NCBI GenBank assembly: GCA_030141605.1
Contig: JAQGDQ010000015.1
Location: forward strand, 310,001-374,000
From: Tubiluchus corallicola
Taxonomy: Eukaryota > Animalia > Priapulida
Direction of reading: 5' to 3'
DNA length: 64,000 nucleotides
Shown here piece by piece: positions 61,801-64,000 of this stretch. Each line of letters starts with the position of its first letter. Position 1 is the stretch's first letter. Both the position numbers and the translations under genes were made by a program. The notes beneath the pieces were generated by a model. It saw only the letters and a program-made list of their open reading frames with translations. It was not told the origin of the DNA and made no database searches.

Positions 61801-63879
61801 CAGAAAGCGATAAAATGAACCAATTAATCAAAACCATTAATGTAATTTAAGCTATTAATTGGCAGATATTTACACTTTGCAGACTTGATAACAATGTTAA
61901 GTATATAACAAATGTTCTCTAATCTCTAATAATTTATTTTATATATTCACAAACCCTGTTAATCTGAGCACTGTGGGCAGCATGCTCCTGCCATTCAGCA
62001 GGTATTGCCATGTTTCCCTGTGAAGTTGTTTTAAAGCAATGGATGTTGCCTTGCATTGTGCCTGTAAATAACATGCGTCCACCATGTGATAACACAACAC
62101 TGGAATATGTAGCTCCTTTGGCATCCACATTATTAATCACCTAAAAGTTCAAGTATTTTATGCATTTAAAAAGAACTGGCATAAGTTGTTTGTATGCAAA
62201 GGATGAAAATGTTTGACTTTTATAGCAAGGGGACTTTCAGTTTTAACATCAAAAAACACAAACATGGCTAAGTTTATTAACAATCAGCAGAACCTTGCAG
62301 GACGGAGGACACCTACGTAGAAATATGTCCGGCTGCAAGGTTTGCAAAGCCAATTTTCAAGCTTTTATACCACATTTGAAGTTTATATGTCACATTTTGA
62401 CATTAACAGTTACTAACATCTGCATTTGATCGATAAGACTTGTAAATACTTACATGAGAATCTTGAGCACTTTTTAGAGAAATTTCTTTGATGGTTTGAT
62501 CAGAACCAACAGCAAACACATTTATCGAATCGGCAGTTAAAGTAAGAGCATTATAGTTACATGTCTTCAAGACGTTTTCACCCAAGCGTTTACCACAACT
62601 AACATCCCACGAGTAAACGGCACCATCCATACCACAAGACACTAAGCGATGATCATCAGCTGACCACATTATTGATTTCACCTGACGTATATCAAATTCG
62701 TTTAATGACAGACATCTTATACAGTTTCACAAGATAATTTCCACTAGAAAAAAGTAGATTTTTTTTTTATAGGTTCATTGTTGGTCAAGACATGCAGTGT
62801 AATATAATATAACACAATATAATGCACAAGTTTGTAAATCAGGTAACTTTTGACACCTGTTTAATGATACAATTAATGAAAAATCTTACAATTAGTTTAA
62901 TATGTGGACCGATTCAGGTTAATACTTATAACAGCTTCTACATTCAATGCTCTGCAAGCTGCAAGCCAACACTTAAAAGAACATTCTTAATATAGATGAC
63001 TGTGCCAAAATTCGATAACAGTTCAATTTTCAGAATTAACCACAAGGTGTGCTGCTGAACCAAAACAGATATTGTAGTCATGCTTGAATACATCCTTTGT
63101 CAATGAGTGAAAACAATGTGGCAAATAAAACTCCCAAAGCAGTTTTTCTGATGGTCACCTATCCATTTTCACAACTGCAAATGTCAAAGCAGTTGTGAAT
63201 CTAAATAAACTAACATTTCAGTTTCTATTATACTGCTTCCTGAAACTGAAAACAGGAAATAGATTTTGCCAGCAAACAAGTTCATTGGTCTACAGTATTA
63301 TTTATTTCCGAATGAACAAGTTAAACAGATTGTTGTCTTGAATTTTCTTGAGAGCTACAATGCACTGAGTAAATCATAGTCCCCTCAGTGACCTTTTCCT
63401 AGTCACTCTCCTTCCCTGAAGAACCTTCCTACCACATAAAATACCAGGCTAAAAGACAGGTACTGCTTTACTTCAGCTGTTAAGCACACACGGTTCTTGC
63501 CAAAAGTTTTCGAATTTATGTACAGTATCTTTCACAGTATTAATTTACTGCAAGTATAAAAAGCAAATAAGCACAATAAATCTCATGTCACTTTGTAACA
63601 AGTTTAATTTAATGCCACTGATCGGCAGTCACAAATTCACAATATTAATGATGCTTCACTTTGTTGGGTTAATCTGGAAGCTCTTAGAACATCATATTAT
63701 GCTATGTTCTGAAATAAAACATTAACTCGAATAATTTGCAAATGCAATGTAGGCAAATTACTTACTTTTCCATTGTGTCCCTTAAGGTTTGCAATAGTTT
63801 CAAATGTGATTGCTGAATAAATTTGTATAATGTTAATGTGAACAGCAGCAAACTGATGACCTCCATTACTAAAGCGGCA
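49823..63879 (-). CDS. CFAP57: Cilia- and flagella-associated protein 57 (WDR65), 3' part; 5' exons lie beyond the window end
   Basis: In-frame exons 63879-63766, 62681-62454, 62140-61955, 61774-61613, 56110-55955, 55742-55649, 54992-54802, 53247-53074, 52752-52558, 52428-52321, 52083-51967, 51562-51431, 51001-50852, 50143-50028; probable last exon 49841-49823. Signatures: [130 protein letters not shown]. Confidence 0.93.
53925..54340 (+). repeat. ~400-bp dispersed repeat, copy 1 (copy 2 at ~60810-61220)
   Basis: Shared blocks GTTTAGCTTCCAGAAATTCTT, AAAACCGCTAGGCTAGC, AAGATGACATAAAA, CCAGGTGTTTTTGAGTCAATTA, TGGCACCTAC. Confidence 0.85.
58991..60052 (+). CDS. Intronless rhodopsin-like (class A) GPCR, orphan, nested antisense in a CFAP57 intron
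   Basis: 353 aa with seven hydrophobic segments. TM1 AN, TM2 NMAVADF, TM3 ISVERY, TM4 W, TM6 [10 protein letters not shown]7 NCLMNVFVY, helix 8 PEFRRSL; N-terminal NTT sequon. AATAAA at 60147-60152. Lies in intron 56111-61612. Confidence 0.93.
   Translation: MTYADGHPQVNAVNTTANTLLLEISECHIINLIYAFILVFYIMLGLGTLVANATVLVVIKQSRGMDSIPYYYICNMAVADFLAGISLLCIGVGYLVAINCNIAWCAVIVSLLYMSLTASTWIYTAISVERYIAVVYHLHYDTIMTERRAKIIMHVLWMYCIILNLVSTWLYVQEDDTGIQCFSWTGKWGALWSNLTMLQGIIINSIIIYCYGAIIKMAIKLTKHTVGVAGPDESTRQMKKKIKLAKTLATTLGLFFICWTPYMGVILMYNFCKFQGCSLSLSDNEIQFYFITLGSTNCLMNVFVYAAKIPEFRRSLKKLTWEKLHHDRGEDSVRGTDISAQPSSQNSTQETKT
60810..61220 (+). repeat. ~400-bp dispersed repeat, copy 2
   Basis: Colinear with 53925-54340 in the same orientation. 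Confidence 0.85.
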
Positions 63880-64000
63880 CTGTAAATGAAATGTTTTGCA
63901 ATTATACTAGTTAAATAATGCGACCATTACATATTATATCAAAATATTCGCAGAGCTATAAATCGATGTTTTTATTTACGTGAGTTATAAAGCGGTTAAT

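Overview
AT-rich, intron-containing animal DNA, most likely an invertebrate metazoan; the phylum cannot be fixed from this window. It is not prokaryotic: no operons, CRISPR, rRNA or intact tRNA were seen. Gene order: 3' half of a GMC oxidoreductase (+, 1681-5106); a 19-coding-exon ZNF106-like gene (-, 6309-23614); RNA polymerase II largest subunit RPB1/POLR2A (-, 31741-37776); ZFAND1 (+, 41222-47359), divergent from RPB1; and the 3' part of CFAP57/WDR65 (-, ~49823 to beyond the window end), which hosts an intronless class-A GPCR on the opposite strand in one intron (58991-60052). Introns and intergenic DNA contain decayed LINEs (L2, RTE-like, Rex1/Babar-like), a hAT MITE, a Harbinger derivative, tRNA-derived SINE relics and a head-to-tail Helitron-like array. 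The most unusual feature is RPB1. Its 6-kb CDS has no introns, while all neighbouring multi-exon genes are intron-rich. It has about 55 CTD heptads, and its putative non-coding first exon and promoter lie between a perfect 33-bp inverted repeat, which fits a retrocopy that recruited a new promoter. I cannot demonstrate a wholly new biological system from sequence alone. Exon structures were assembled by hand from GT-AG sites and reading-frame continuity, and family assignments rest on recalled motifs, not database searches.
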